Positions 1 through 10,359 of a stretch of 64,000 nt of DNA are shown here, in pieces. The position numbers were made by a program, and so were the translations under genes. Source of the stretch: a virus; the IMG/VR virus record IMGVR_UViG_3300029305_006397; one strand, 5' to 3'. Every line of letters begins with the position of its first letter. The first letter of the stretch is position 1. The notes under the pieces are model-generated. The model was not told the DNA's origin, searched no databases, and was given only the letters and a program-made list of their open reading frames with translations.

Positions 1-3000
1 ATATTGAAAGTATGTATGGTGCTCTTGAGGATGGGATTGATAGATTAGAGCTTTATCAGTTGTCTTTGAAATACCCTGAATTGTACATTGATTATACTGT
101 ACCTGAAGATCAGTATGAAGCAGAAGTAGAACGCGCAATTGGATTATTAAAAACTAAAATTAACGAAACATATGACGAAGCTCTCAAAGAGGCGGATAGT
201 TTCGAGGAATGGAATCGTCTTCATGAGGAGAAAAAGTCTGCCAATATTATTCTGGGAGGATTTGGGGTAGAAGTCGAAGAGTTTGATTCCAGTGTTATTT
301 CTGATCTTCGTGGTAATATTAATGATCTTCAGGATAAACTAATCGAAGTATATTCTGGTGAACTGACGGATTCTGAAAAGGCTGATATGGCAACTGAGCT
401 TTGGGAAGATTATTGGCAGGATTTTGAAGCTGCTGGAATTGACAGTTTAGATGCCAGTAATCTTGAAGAAGGCATTACGTTGCTTATCGAAAAATATAAG
501 AAAGATGTTCAAGCTGCATTCGATAAAGCAATTCAGGAGCTGAAAGACGCCGGAGATATTGATGCCGCCGCTGCTTTAGAAGAGTTTTGGGAAACAGTTC
601 AGAAATCACTTGAATTTGTTACTCCGGAATCCGCAAAAGCAGCAGCAAAAACAGGCGGTGACGATATTGAAGATGCCGTTGATGATTATGTAGGCAATAT
701 TGAAAAGCTTTATGATTCTTTGAGCAAAATTCGTTCTGGCGAATTTACATCAGAAGACTTATTCAATTTGCAGAAGATTTTTGGAAGCGCCATTAATCCA
801 GATGACCTTGAAGGCACGATCAACACAGCTATTAATAATACAATAGGCGAACTTGATAAAGCTTATGATAAGCTTTATATGGAGACTCAAGATCCGAAAT
901 GGCTTGCGTTGAAGGAGTCTGCTCATGCCTGGTTTGCCGAGATGGCAGAAGTGCCTGATTTGACCTTTGATATGGAGATGCAGACTTCTGGTTTTGATGC
1001 TCTTTATACAGCAATGGAAGAATCTGCAAGTGCCGCAGGGTTGACGGAAGAATCCATTAAGGCTTTAACTGATCGTTATAAGGAACTTGAAGGATTCGAT
1101 CCGAGCAAATTATTTATCAATACAAGTCTTGGTATGAAGGTAAATACCGAAGCCGCAACTAAGCTTGAAAAGGAATATCAAGCTCTTCAAAAATCAAAGC
1201 TTCAAAAGAAGCTATCCGATTTAATTGCTGAATACCAAGATAGCAAGAAAGCTGTTGCAGGACTTACAAAGGGCACAAAAGCTTATAACGATGCTTTAGA
1301 TGGTAGACGTTCAGCGGATGCTATTCTTGCAGATATTCGGAATACGCAGAATCTGATCGGCCAATATGACGGATTGATTTCTGCTTATAATCGCTGGCAA
1401 AAGGCAAAGGAGACTCCGGATGTTGGCTCTGAATATGATGCTATCCGAGACGAGAAGGGCAATGCGGAAGACCTTGCGAAACAAGGAGCTTGGGGATCGG
1501 ACGATCTTAAAACCTGGGTTGATTTGATTTCTTATCAGGATTTGGCCGCTGCTGGAGCAGACGAAGTTAGAACTGCATATGAAAAGTTCGGTCAAAAGAT
1601 GGAGGGAACTAGCTATACCGTAAACGATCTTTTGAAGGATGGGAATAAGGGCGTTGAAAACTTTCTGAAATCTCTGGAACAGATTGGACAAGCTGAGTTT
1701 GAGAATGGCAAATGGGAATTTGACCTTAATCCAGATGAGATCGAAGCTATTGCTAAACAATGGGGTATCTCTGTTGAGTTCATAGAGGCCATGATGGAAA
1801 AGCTGAAATGGTATGGATTCGATATTGATACTTATCCTGCCATTGAAGGCTTAGAAGAAATGACGACGGCAGCTATGGAAGCCGAAGAAAACCTCAAAAA
1901 TCTTGGCGAAGAATCTACTATCAATGTTGATGTGGATACCGTAGAAGAGGCTAATGCGGAAATTGCAAAAGCAAAAGCACTTATTGAGGAGCTTCAAGGC
2001 AAAAAAGTTTTAACCGAAATTGAAACTGCACAACTCGAAGACGCCCAGGCGAAGCTTAGGTTATTAATCTACACTACAAATCAACCTGCCTTCATGAGTA
2101 TCGATGTTTCGCAAGCAGATGAAAAAATGCAAGGTATTCTTGCTAAACTTCAGGAATATCAAAATGCAGTTAACGAACTTGAATATCTTAAAAGCATAAA
2201 TGCGGATGCAAGCCAAGTTGAAACTGCACAGGGTAAAGTAAGTGCATTAGCAACTGAAATATCCGAAATGCCTGAAGCAGTTGATATTGGGATTAACGTA
2301 AAAACTAATGATGATGGTTCTATTACAGGACTTGAAAATGTTGAAAATCTTGATGCAACTGTATTCTACACTGCTGATACAACGGAAGTTGACTCATATA
2401 AAGAAGAAGATAAAAATAGTGATGGCACAGTTAAATGGTCAAATGATGCTGGTTTAGTACATGCTTTCCAAATTCAAAATCATAATACAAGCGGCACAGT
2501 TAAATGGTCAAATGATGCTGACCTGGTTACATCTTTTAAGAACGTTACACATAAAGCTTACGGCAAAGTATATTGGACGAATAGTGGTTCTGGAAGTTTT
2601 AGAGGAACTGCACACGCAGGAGGAACAGCTTATATTAATGGCTCCTCTGGTAAAGCGTATAAACGTGGGGACTGGGGAACCAAGGAATCTGGTATGGCCC
2701 TGGGTGGAGAGCTTGGCATGGAAACCATCGTTCGAGATGGGCGATTCTTTACCATCGGAGATCACGGCGCAGAGTTTTTCCAATATAAAAAAGGAGACAT
2801 CATCTTTAACCACAAGCAAACGGAAGAGTTGTTTAAGTACGGTAAAATAACCGCTAATGGGGGCAGAGGTCACGCTTATGTAGAAGGTACGGCATTTAAA
2901 AATGGATATGCTGGTTCAGGTAGTTTTACGAGTTCTTCCGGAAGTTCAAGTAGTTCCAGCGGCGGCAAGAAGTCAAGCAGCTCTTCGAGCAGCAATAGCA

Positions 3001-5156
3001 GCAGTTCATCCAAAGACGATTTCGAAGAGATTTTTGATTGGATCGAAATTGCCATTGATCGAATTGAGCGTAAGATTGAATCTCTTGGGCGGGTTGCAGA
3101 AAGCTTATTTAAATCCTGGAGTAATCGCAATGATAAGCTGCGCGACCAGATGCAGGAAGTTGCTAATGAAATAGAACTTCAAAATCAAGCTGTAGCTCGA
3201 TATCTGCAAGAGGCTAATTCGGTAGGTTTGGATGAAAAATGGGCCAAACTTGTACGCGAAGGCAAAGTAGATATCAGCACGATTAAAGATGAAACTTTGG
3301 CGGAAAAGATACAACAATATCAAGAATGGTATGAAAAGGCTATTGATTGTCGTGATGCTATTGAAGAATTAAGGGAGACTGAAAGCGAGCTTTATCAACA
3401 GGTTTTTGATAATATTGTCACTCAATACGAGGGATATATTTCTGTTATCGAGCAAGAAAAGAATATGATAGAGGCTTATATTGACCAGGCAGAAACTGCT
3501 GGACAGATGGTAAGCACTAATTATTATGAAGCTTTGATTGCTTCCGAACGGAATAATCTTAAACAACTTCAGGATCAAAAGGCTGCAATGCAGGCCGCAC
3601 TCGATGAAGCAGTGGCATCCGAAAAGATTACTGAGGGCAGCGAAGCATGGTATGATATGGTAGGCCAAATCAACGATGTTTCTTTGGCAATTACGGAATC
3701 AGAAACTGCAATGATTGAATATAATAATGCAATTCGAGATATTGAATGGCAGATATTTGACAAGATGCAGGAGAAGATTTCTCAAGTTGCCGCCGAGGCA
3801 GATTTCATGTTGAATCTTTTAGAACGAAAAGATTTGTATGATGATAAAGGCCAGTTGATGGACGAAGGCAGAGCCGCAATGGGCATGCATGGTATGAATT
3901 ATAATTTGTACATGCAGCAGGCGGACGCATATGCGGAGGAAATGACCCGTATTAATGCAGAGCTTGCTAAAGATCCTAACAACCAAACTCTTTTGGATCG
4001 TAGACAAGAATTGCTTGAATTGCAGCAAGAATCAATTTTGGCCGCAGAAGATGAAAAACAGGCCATTATTGATATGGTAAGTGAAGGCATTCAATTGGAG
4101 CTTGACTCTTTAAGCGAATTGATTGATTCTTATACTGAAGCATTGGATTCTCAAAAGGATTTATATGATTATCAGAAGAAAGTCAAAAATCAAACCAAAG
4201 AAATTGCTTCGCTTGAAAAACAGATGGCTGCATATGCCGGAGATAATTCTGAAGAAACCAGAGCTAAGTTACAGCAGTTGAGAGTTTCATTGCAGGATGC
4301 AAAAGATAATTTGCAGGAAACCGAATACGACAGGTATATTTCGGATCAAAAGGAATTACTTGACGAATTGTATTCTGAATATGAAAAGGTACTAAATGAA
4401 AGATTGGATAACGTAGACGTTTTGCTTGCTGATATGATAGAAGATATGAATAGCAATTCTTTAAGTATCAATGCGACGCTTACGGAGACAGCCGGAAATG
4501 TAGGTTATACGCTTTCAGATGCAATGAGTCAGACCTGGGGAACTGCTACGGATAATATTACGGATGTTTTAGAGGTTCACGGAAAAAGTATAGAAGACGG
4601 CATTACGGATTCTACGACTACATTAAACAATACGTTGGCTGTAATGAATAGTAACCTGCAGAGCATGATTTCACAGTTGAATAAGGTTGCTAAAACCAAC
4701 ATTGCATTTAATCCAGTACAGGTTCCAAATCCGGTAGGCGGATACGCAAAAGGAAAATATAAGTTATCTTCTGACAAGTTGGCATGGACACAGGAGGGAC
4801 GCAACGCAGAAGCGATTATACGACCCGCAGATGGTGCAATATTGACTCCTTTAATTAAGGATGACAGCATATTAAATCCTGTTGCAACAAGGAACTTGTA
4901 CAGCTTTATGAACAATCCAAATGCTTTTATCAAAGATAGTTTGAATACGGGTGTTCTTGCAAATACATCTATTTCACAACCGATCAATGCTACATCTTCC
5001 AATGCATTTACTTTTGAAATTACTCTTCCGAACGTAACGAATTACGAGGAATTTAAGCGTAAGATGCAAAGCGATAAGAAGTTTGAAGATATGCTGAGGG
5101 CAATGACGACAGATCGCTTATTTGGTGGGAGCAGCATGAAAAAATACAGGATATGA
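1..5156 (+). CDS. tail tape measure protein (5' end lies outside window)
   Basis: ORF of more than 1,700 aa dominated by coiled-coil-like E/K/L/Q/A stretches. It has a Gly-rich globular insert (GGELGMETIVRDGRFFTIGDHGAEFF) and a poly-Ser linker. The frame is open from nt 3 to the first ATG at 12. Dit-like and Tal-like genes follow directly. Confidence 0.85.
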   Translation, partial: IESMYGALEDGIDRLELYQLSLKYPELYIDYTVPEDQYEAEVERAIGLLKTKINETYDEALKEADSFEEWNRLHEEKKSANIILGGFGVEVEEFDSSVISDLRGNINDLQDKLIEVYSGELTDSEKADMATELWEDYWQDFEAAGIDSLDASNLEEGITLLIEKYKKDVQAAFDKAIQELKDAGDIDAAAALEEFWETVQKSLEFVTPESAKAAAKTGGDDIEDAVDDYVGNIEKLYDSLSKIRSGEFTSEDLFNLQKIFGSAINPDDLEGTINTAINNTIGELDKAYDKLYMETQDPKWLALKESAHAWFAEMAEVPDLTFDMEMQTSGFDALYTAMEESASAAGLTEESIKALTDRYKELEGFDPSKLFINTSLGMKVNTEAATKLEKEYQALQKSKLQKKLSDLIAEYQDSKKAVAGLTKGTKAYNDALDGRRSADAILADIRNTQNLIGQYDGLISAYNRWQKAKETPDVGSEYDAIRDEKGNAEDLAKQGAWGSDDLKTWVDLISYQDLAAAGADEVRTAYEKFGQKMEGTSYTVNDLLKDGNKGVENFLKSLEQIGQAEFENGKWEFDLNPDEIEAIAKQWGISVEFIEAMMEKLKWYGFDIDTYPAIEGLEEMTTAAMEAEENLKNLGEESTINVDVDTVEEANAEIAKAKALIEELQGKKVLTEIETAQLEDAQAKLRLLIYTTNQPAFMSIDVSQADEKMQGILAKLQEYQNAVNELEYLKSINADASQVETAQGKVSALATEISEMPEAVDIGINVKTNDDGSITGLENVENLDATVFYTADTTEVDSYKEEDKNSDGTVKWSNDAGLVHAFQIQNHNTSGTVKWSNDADLVTSFKNVTHKAYGKVYWTNSGSGSFRGTAHAGGTAYINGSSGKAYKRGDWGTKESGMALGGELGMETIVRDGRFFTIGDHGAEFFQYKKGDIIFNHKQTEELFKYGKITANGGRGHAYVEGTAFKNGYAGSGSFTSSSGSSSSSSGGKKSSSSSSSNSSSSSKDDFEEIFDWIEIAIDRIERKIESLGRVAESLFKSWSNRNDKLRDQMQEVANEIELQNQAVARYLQEANSVGLDEKWAKLVREGKVDISTIKDETLAEKIQQYQEWYEKAIDCRDAIEELRETESELYQQVFDNIVTQYEGYISVIEQEKNMIEAYIDQAETAGQMVSTNYYEALIASERNNLKQLQDQKAAMQAALDEAVASEKITEGSEAWYDMVGQINDVSLAITESETAMIEYNNAIRDIEWQIFDKMQEKISQVAAEADFMLNLLERKDLYDDKGQLMDEGRAAMGMHGMNYNLYMQQADAYAEEMTRINAELAKDPNNQTLLDRRQELLELQQESILAAEDEKQAIIDMVSEGIQLELDSLSELIDSYTEALDSQKDLYDYQKKVKNQTKEIASLEKQMAAYAGDNSEETRAKLQQLRVSLQDAKDNLQETEYDRYISDQKELLDELYSEYEKVLNERLDNVDVLLADMIEDMNSNSLSINATLTETAGNVGYTLSDAMSQTWGTATDNITDVLEVHGKSIEDGITDSTTTLNNTLAVMNSNLQSMISQLNKVAKTNIAFNPVQVPNPVGGYAKGKYKLSSDKLAWTQEGRNAEAIIRPADGAILTPLIKDDSILNPVATRNLYSFMNNPNAFIKDSLNTGVLANTSISQPINATSSNAFTFEITLPNVTNYEEFKRKMQSDKKFEDMLRAMTTDRLFGGSSMKKYRI
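2424..2520 (+). repeat. 28-nt perfect direct repeat inside the tape measure gene (2424-2451 and 2493-2520)
   Basis: ggcacagttaaatggtcaaatgatgctg occurs twice. It encodes the duplicated peptide GTVKWSNDA. Confidence 0.9.
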
Positions 5157-5167
5157 TATTCGACTTG

Positions 5168-5194
5168 GGAGGGGCTTAGCCCCTCCTCTATTTT
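5168..5194 (+). terminator. intrinsic terminator after the tape measure gene
   Basis: GGAGGGGC-TTA-GCCCCTCC hairpin followed by TCTATTTT. Confidence 0.7.
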
Positions 5195-5207
5195 ATAGGT
5201 GAAAAAT

Positions 5208-5504
5208 ATGAATCGAAATAAGCGAACAGAGTTACTTCGAAAAAAGAATATTGAACTTACATCCCAGCTGGCAGAGCTTCATCAGAAACTGGATACGCAA
5301 TCAGATGCAAAACAATTAATTGCTAAACTGCAAGAACTTGAGCAGGAATGGATTAATGCTATTCAAGAGCTGAACAAGCGTAGAGATGCATACGACAATC
5401 TTATTGCAGATATGCAAGCAATAAAAAAAATAATGATTGAAACTGGATATAAGATTCATATTCCATGGTATAAAAAACTAATTATAAAACTTAAAAGCCA
5501 CTAA
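5208..5504 (+). CDS. hypothetical coiled-coil protein (98 aa)
   Basis: ATG at 5208 lies 5 nt after AGGTGA. The track's GTG at 5199 is part of that SD. Heptad-like L/Q/E/K sequence with no catalytic motif. Confidence 0.5.
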   Translation: MNRNKRTELLRKKNIELTSQLAELHQKLDTQSDAKQLIAKLQELEQEWINAIQELNKRRDAYDNLIADMQAIKKIMIETGYKIHIPWYKKLIIKLKSH

Positions 5505-5525
5505 ACGCAGATTGGAGGTGCGATT

Positions 5526-6320
5526 ATGAAGGCTTACGATTTTGAATACGACGGACTCAAGTTAAGCAGCTTTGGATACATGATTTGCAATTTTGGTTCA
5601 AATGGTTTGCAGACTGTATCTGTAGGATCGCAGATAACCTTCAATACTGTATCTATAATGAATGGAAGTCAATATCATTTAGCGAGTATAGAATATAAAG
5701 ACTGTCTGAAAACAACATTCCAGATTTGCAAAAATGGATGTGGTTCTGGAAATTTTGAAATGACAGCAGGTGAAGAAAGACTTTTATCGAGATGGTTGAA
5801 TCGTAATGAATTTAAAAAGTTTAAGATTCTGAATGCAGATTATATAGACGTTTATTTTGAAGGCAGTTTTAATATAAGCAGGTTGGAGTTTAATGGCATG
5901 GTATGCGGTTTTGAATTGGAATTGATAACAAATAGACCGTATGCTTTGCAAGAAACGAGAACTAAAACCATTTTCAACGTGAAGCCTAATACGGAGCATG
6001 TTATAAAGGATTACTCTGAAATTGAGGGTTTTATTTATCCCAAGACCGAAATTGAAATAAATGAAGCAGGCACACTTGAGATTTATAATGCATCTGAGGA
6101 TCGAACAACTGCAATTAGAGATTGTCTAGCCGGAGAAAAGATTATTATGAATTATCCGGTTATTACAACAAGTGCGCCTGGACATAAAATTCAAAATGAT
6201 TTTAATTGGAAATTCTTTAGGCTTTTTAATTCATTTAGGAATAGCGGAAATAAGATTACAATTTCTTTGCCATGCACAATGAAGTTATCTTATTCGCCTC
6301 CTGTAAGATTGAGTTTATAA
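5526..6320 (+). CDS. distal tail protein (Dit)-like / siphovirus tail component
   Basis: 264 aa, immediately downstream of the tape measure gene. The N-terminus (AYDFEYDGLKLSSFGYMI) resembles Sipho_tail-type Dit proteins. GGAGGTG SD. Confidence 0.6.
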   Translation: MKAYDFEYDGLKLSSFGYMICNFGSNGLQTVSVGSQITFNTVSIMNGSQYHLASIEYKDCLKTTFQICKNGCGSGNFEMTAGEERLLSRWLNRNEFKKFKILNADYIDVYFEGSFNISRLEFNGMVCGFELELITNRPYALQETRTKTIFNVKPNTEHVIKDYSEIEGFIYPKTEIEINEAGTLEIYNASEDRTTAIRDCLAGEKIIMNYPVITTSAPGHKIQNDFNWKFFRLFNSFRNSGNKITISLPCTMKLSYSPPVRLSL

Positions 6321-6332
6321 GGAGGGAAGGAT

Positions 6333-9300
6333 ATGGTACATGCACTTTGTTTTGACAACATGAATCATTTAGAACCGCCTACCTTATTATTAGCTAATCG
6401 CAATGGTTATGTCCTTGGTTTGCTGCAAGCCGAAAATATAAAAAGCAAAGGCAGTATGATAAGCGCCGATGAAATTTCTTTTACAGCACATAAGTTTATA
6501 GATGGCGTGAAGGATTGTCTTTGGGATAATATCGTTGATTATAAATTGGTATGGTATAAAGAAGTAGACGTATGGTTTGAGCTTAAAGTTGATATCGATG
6601 AAACAAATGAAACCATTAAAAATGTGGTCGGAACTCAACTTGAATATGCAGAGTTGGGGCAAATTAAGCTTTTTTCTATAGAAATAAATACTGAAGCAGA
6701 CATTGCCAGAGATGATTATGAAAAACCTACGGTTCTGTATGATCCAGATCACCCGGAGATTTCATTGCTTCACCGAATCGGTGAAAAGGCAAAGCATTAT
6801 GAAATCGCACATGTAGATACGACAATTAAAAATATACAGAGATCGTTTTCTTTTGATGATATTACAATTTTAGAATCACACCAGCAAATAGCAGAAGAAA
6901 TAGGATGCTTATTTGTATACAGTTCTTATTTAGATGAATATGGAAAACTGCGTCGAACATATTCGGTATATGATTTGCAGTCAAATTGCAGAAACCCGAA
7001 ATGTAACCATAGGGGCGAATTTACATCGAAATGTCCTAAATGTGGAGGCATAGATATTGACGAAGGATTCGGAGAGGATACCACAATATTTATTACTGCC
7101 AACGAATTAGCAGAAGAGGTTCGATTTTCTACCGATACGGATTCAGTAAAAAACTGTTTTAAGTTAGAAGCCGGAGATGAGTTGATGATGGCTGTGATTC
7201 GCAGCTGCAACCCAAATGGCACTGACTATCTGTGGCATATATCAAAAGCAATGAAAGAAGACATGTCGGATGATTTGGTAAACCGAATTGAAGAATATGA
7301 AGCGGAGTATTCAAAATATGAAACTCAAGAAATTTCTATTGATTCAGGAAAACTAAGCCGATACAATGGCTTAATTGAAAAGTATTCAAGAAAGAATACA
7401 GATCTTGAGGGTCTGCCGGAAAGAATTAGTGGATACGCCGCTATGACGGAAGCATATTTTAATACAATAGATTTTAAGTTGTATCTTGAATCTTCGCTTA
7501 TGCCTAGTATTGAAATGAGCGAAATAAAAGCTTCTGATGAAATTAAGAAATTAACTGCCAGCAATTTATCTCCTGTAGCTGTTCCAGATATATCAGTTAT
7601 TTCGAAGGCTAGTGCGGATAGCGCTGTTCTTTCAATGGCGAAAATACTTGTAAATTCAAGGTATAAAATAAGAATTATATCATCTGATGATTTAGTGTCG
7701 AAGGTCGGAGACGATGGTATAAAAATATGGAATGGCCGTTTTGCAATCACAAACTTTTCTGATGAGGACGATAATGCTGAGACCGAAGAAATTGAAGTTG
7801 AAATTAATGATGATTACGAGCAGTTTATAAAACAAAAGCTTGAACTAGCAATTCGAGACGAAGAAACCGATGATTTGAGTTTTTCAAGTTTATTCAAGCT
7901 GAATCATAATGATGAAAACGAACACGAGATTGATCCGAATACCGGAAGCATGGAATGTCAGTTTTGTAATGAGCTGACGAAATATTCTTTGAATCGATTG
8001 AAGGCATTTTATGATGCATGTCAGGCTTGTATTGACATTTTGATTGAACAAGGCATCGGCAATGAGGAATCTTGGTCTGGAAAAGAAGGTGAAGGGAATC
8101 TTTATCAGAGCCTTTATCTTCCGTACTATAATAAGCTAAATTGCATTGATAGAGAAATTAAAGTCAGAGAAACTGAAATCAAAACAATCACACAATTGCA
8201 ATCAGAAATTGAAGAAATACAAACTGTGATACATCAGGCTCTTAATTTCGAAGATTATTTAGGCAAAGATTTATGGTGTGAGTTTTGCGCTTATCGAAGA
8301 GAGGACAAGTATTCGAATGCAAACTATATTTCTGATGGCTTAAACAATTCAGAACTCTTTCAGAAGGGATTCGAATTTTGGGAAACTGCAAGAAATGAAA
8401 TTTATAAATCTGCTGAGTTACAACATTCAATTACCAGCTCTTTGAAAAATCTCCTTGGCAATAGCAAGTTTAAAGTTTTGCTCAATTCATTTATGCTTGG
8501 GAATTGGCTGCGTGTTGAATGCGATGACGGAATCTATAAATTGCGATTTCTTGAATACGAAATTGATCATGATTCTCCCGATAGTATCGCCGTTGAGTTT
8601 TCTGATGTGACAAAAATCAGAAATGGAATTAGCGATCAGCAATTTTTGATTTCTAAAATGGCTGCTGTTACAGGTTCGTATGGTGCGGTGCAGAGACAGG
8701 CAAAACAAGGTTCAGAAAGCAAAGGGATATTGGATAATTGGGTAGAAGACGGACTTGATGCGACAAATATAATGATCACTGGCGGTTCGAAACAACAAAC
8801 CCAAAAGTGGGATTCACACGGCATGTTATTTAGAGCTTATGACCCGATTACGGAGACATATGCTCCGGAGCAAACAAAGATTATCAATTCGACAATAGCT
8901 ATAACGAACGACAACTGGAAAACAACCAAGACTGCTATTGGACTTTTTAGCTATCGTGATCCATCATCAGGAGAATTAAAAAAAACTTATGGCATTAATG
9001 GCGAAACCATTGTAGGTAAGTTTTTACTTGGTGAAAATCTAAGCATGCAAAATTCTGATGGAAGTCTGGTTTTTAATGATAATGGGCTGATAATAACCAG
9101 TGTTACCGACGACGGCATCGGAACAATGGAATTTGGGCAAGATGGGTTAATTGTTCAGCGTGATAATAATATGATTAAAATCAGTCCTCAATCCAATGAA
9201 ATTATGGACATTAAGATTGGCGAAGAACATGTCTTTCTTGTTGATGACGATGGAAATTTGCGCATTAATGGTCATATTATGGCACGAAGTTTGGCATTGG

Positions 9301-9725
9301 GAAACGATGTTACTATTGATTCAAGCGTTGTTACTGGTTTGCATGAAGTCGCTTTTAGCGGAGATTATACAAAACTGGATAATTTGCCTAATTTAAAGCA
9401 AGTTGCAACCACTGGTGATTATAATGATTTATTGAACTTACCAACATTGTTTGACGGCAAATATTCAAGCTTAATTGGTGCGCCAAATCTAGCAAAGGTA
9501 GCTACTTCGGGAAGCTATAATGACTTGTTAAACCTGCCAAGTATTGCAGAAACAGTTGTCCAAAGCAATACAAGTAATGCCGTCAGCGGCAAAGCAGTAT
9601 ATGATTATGCCTTGCCGAAGAGTCTTGGAAGCGCTAATGCGAATAAAATTTTATATACCGACACAAATGGCAATGCATCATTTATTACAATAAGCAGCTT
9701 AAAAACATTGCTTGGAATTGAGTGA
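6333..9725 (+). CDS. tail-associated (Tal-like) minor structural protein / baseplate hub with fibre-like C-terminus
   Basis: 1,130 aa in the position after Dit. Internal 4-Cys ribbon (CRNPKCNHRGEFTSKCPKCGG). Four C-terminal repeats of the (S/T)G(D/S)Y(N/T)xLxNLP type that are common in phage fibres. Confidence 0.65.
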   Translation: MVHALCFDNMNHLEPPTLLLANRNGYVLGLLQAENIKSKGSMISADEISFTAHKFIDGVKDCLWDNIVDYKLVWYKEVDVWFELKVDIDETNETIKNVVGTQLEYAELGQIKLFSIEINTEADIARDDYEKPTVLYDPDHPEISLLHRIGEKAKHYEIAHVDTTIKNIQRSFSFDDITILESHQQIAEEIGCLFVYSSYLDEYGKLRRTYSVYDLQSNCRNPKCNHRGEFTSKCPKCGGIDIDEGFGEDTTIFITANELAEEVRFSTDTDSVKNCFKLEAGDELMMAVIRSCNPNGTDYLWHISKAMKEDMSDDLVNRIEEYEAEYSKYETQEISIDSGKLSRYNGLIEKYSRKNTDLEGLPERISGYAAMTEAYFNTIDFKLYLESSLMPSIEMSEIKASDEIKKLTASNLSPVAVPDISVISKASADSAVLSMAKILVNSRYKIRIISSDDLVSKVGDDGIKIWNGRFAITNFSDEDDNAETEEIEVEINDDYEQFIKQKLELAIRDEETDDLSFSSLFKLNHNDENEHEIDPNTGSMECQFCNELTKYSLNRLKAFYDACQACIDILIEQGIGNEESWSGKEGEGNLYQSLYLPYYNKLNCIDREIKVRETEIKTITQLQSEIEEIQTVIHQALNFEDYLGKDLWCEFCAYRREDKYSNANYISDGLNNSELFQKGFEFWETARNEIYKSAELQHSITSSLKNLLGNSKFKVLLNSFMLGNWLRVECDDGIYKLRFLEYEIDHDSPDSIAVEFSDVTKIRNGISDQQFLISKMAAVTGSYGAVQRQAKQGSESKGILDNWVEDGLDATNIMITGGSKQQTQKWDSHGMLFRAYDPITETYAPEQTKIINSTIAITNDNWKTTKTAIGLFSYRDPSSGELKKTYGINGETIVGKFLLGENLSMQNSDGSLVFNDNGLIITSVTDDGIGTMEFGQDGLIVQRDNNMIKISPQSNEIMDIKIGEEHVFLVDDDGNLRINGHIMARSLALGNDVTIDSSVVTGLHEVAFSGDYTKLDNLPNLKQVATTGDYNDLLNLPTLFDGKYSSLIGAPNLAKVATSGSYNDLLNLPSIAETVVQSNTSNAVSGKAVYDYALPKSLGSANANKILYTDTNGNASFITISSLKTLLGIE

Positions 9726-9738
9726 GCGAGGTAAAAAT

Positions 9739-9996
9739 ATGAATGAAGGTAAACCGCTTTCTATGTTGTGCGAAGAATTTAGAAACGCGATTGCAAATAC
9801 AATTAATAATTCTCAATTGCCAGCTTATATAATTGAGCCGATATTGAAAAACTATTGGAATGACGTAAGAGCAATTGCAAAGCAGCAATATGAAACTGAG
9901 AAAGCAAATTTTGAAAATCAAATTAGTATTAATACGAAATCAGATATGACGGGTTGTGAATCTCATGAGATATATGACGAAAGAAGAGTATATTGA
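9739..9996 (+). CDS. hypothetical protein (85 aa)
   Basis: ATG at 9739 is preceded by GAGG. The upstream in-frame extension overlaps the Tal stop. No motif recognised. Confidence 0.5.
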   Translation: MNEGKPLSMLCEEFRNAIANTINNSQLPAYIIEPILKNYWNDVRAIAKQQYETEKANFENQISINTKSDMTGCESHEIYDERRVY

Positions 9997-10345
9997 AAAA
10001 TTTAAGAATCTGCATGCGCGAAATGTGCAGATCATGCGAAGAAGGAAGCTTCGAGAAGAGAGGTTTAAACTCTTCCCTAAAATCAAATGGCCTAGCACCA
10101 GCAAACTTGTTTTGTGGGGTGTTTTTTTGATTTGTATTGAAATGCTTGCATTTTCGCAATATGCGATGATTGCGCTGGGTGACGCCAGCGCAATGTATGT
10201 GCTGCTTGGTATTCCTGCGGCATTGATACCTACATGCCTTGGATATTTTAGCAAGGCGAAGGCTGAAAACACAATCGGTGGAATTACATATGAAACTGTG
10301 ATTCGGCAAAATAAGACCGATTGCCCCGAAGAAGCCGTAGGATAA
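9956..10345 (+). CDS. two-TM membrane protein, holin candidate
   Basis: Two hydrophobic helices (LVLWGVFLICIEMLAFSQYAMI and MYVLLGIPAALIPTCLGYF) follow a basic N-terminus. The start is ambiguous (GTG 9956, ATG 9965 or ATG 9974). It lies just upstream of the lysin region. Confidence 0.5.
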   Translation: MNLMRYMTKEEYIEKFKNLHARNVQIMRRRKLREERFKLFPKIKWPSTSKLVLWGVFLICIEMLAFSQYAMIALGDASAMYVLLGIPAALIPTCLGYFSKAKAENTIGGITYETVIRQNKTDCPEEAVG

Positions 10346-10359
10346 CGGAGGGATAAAAT

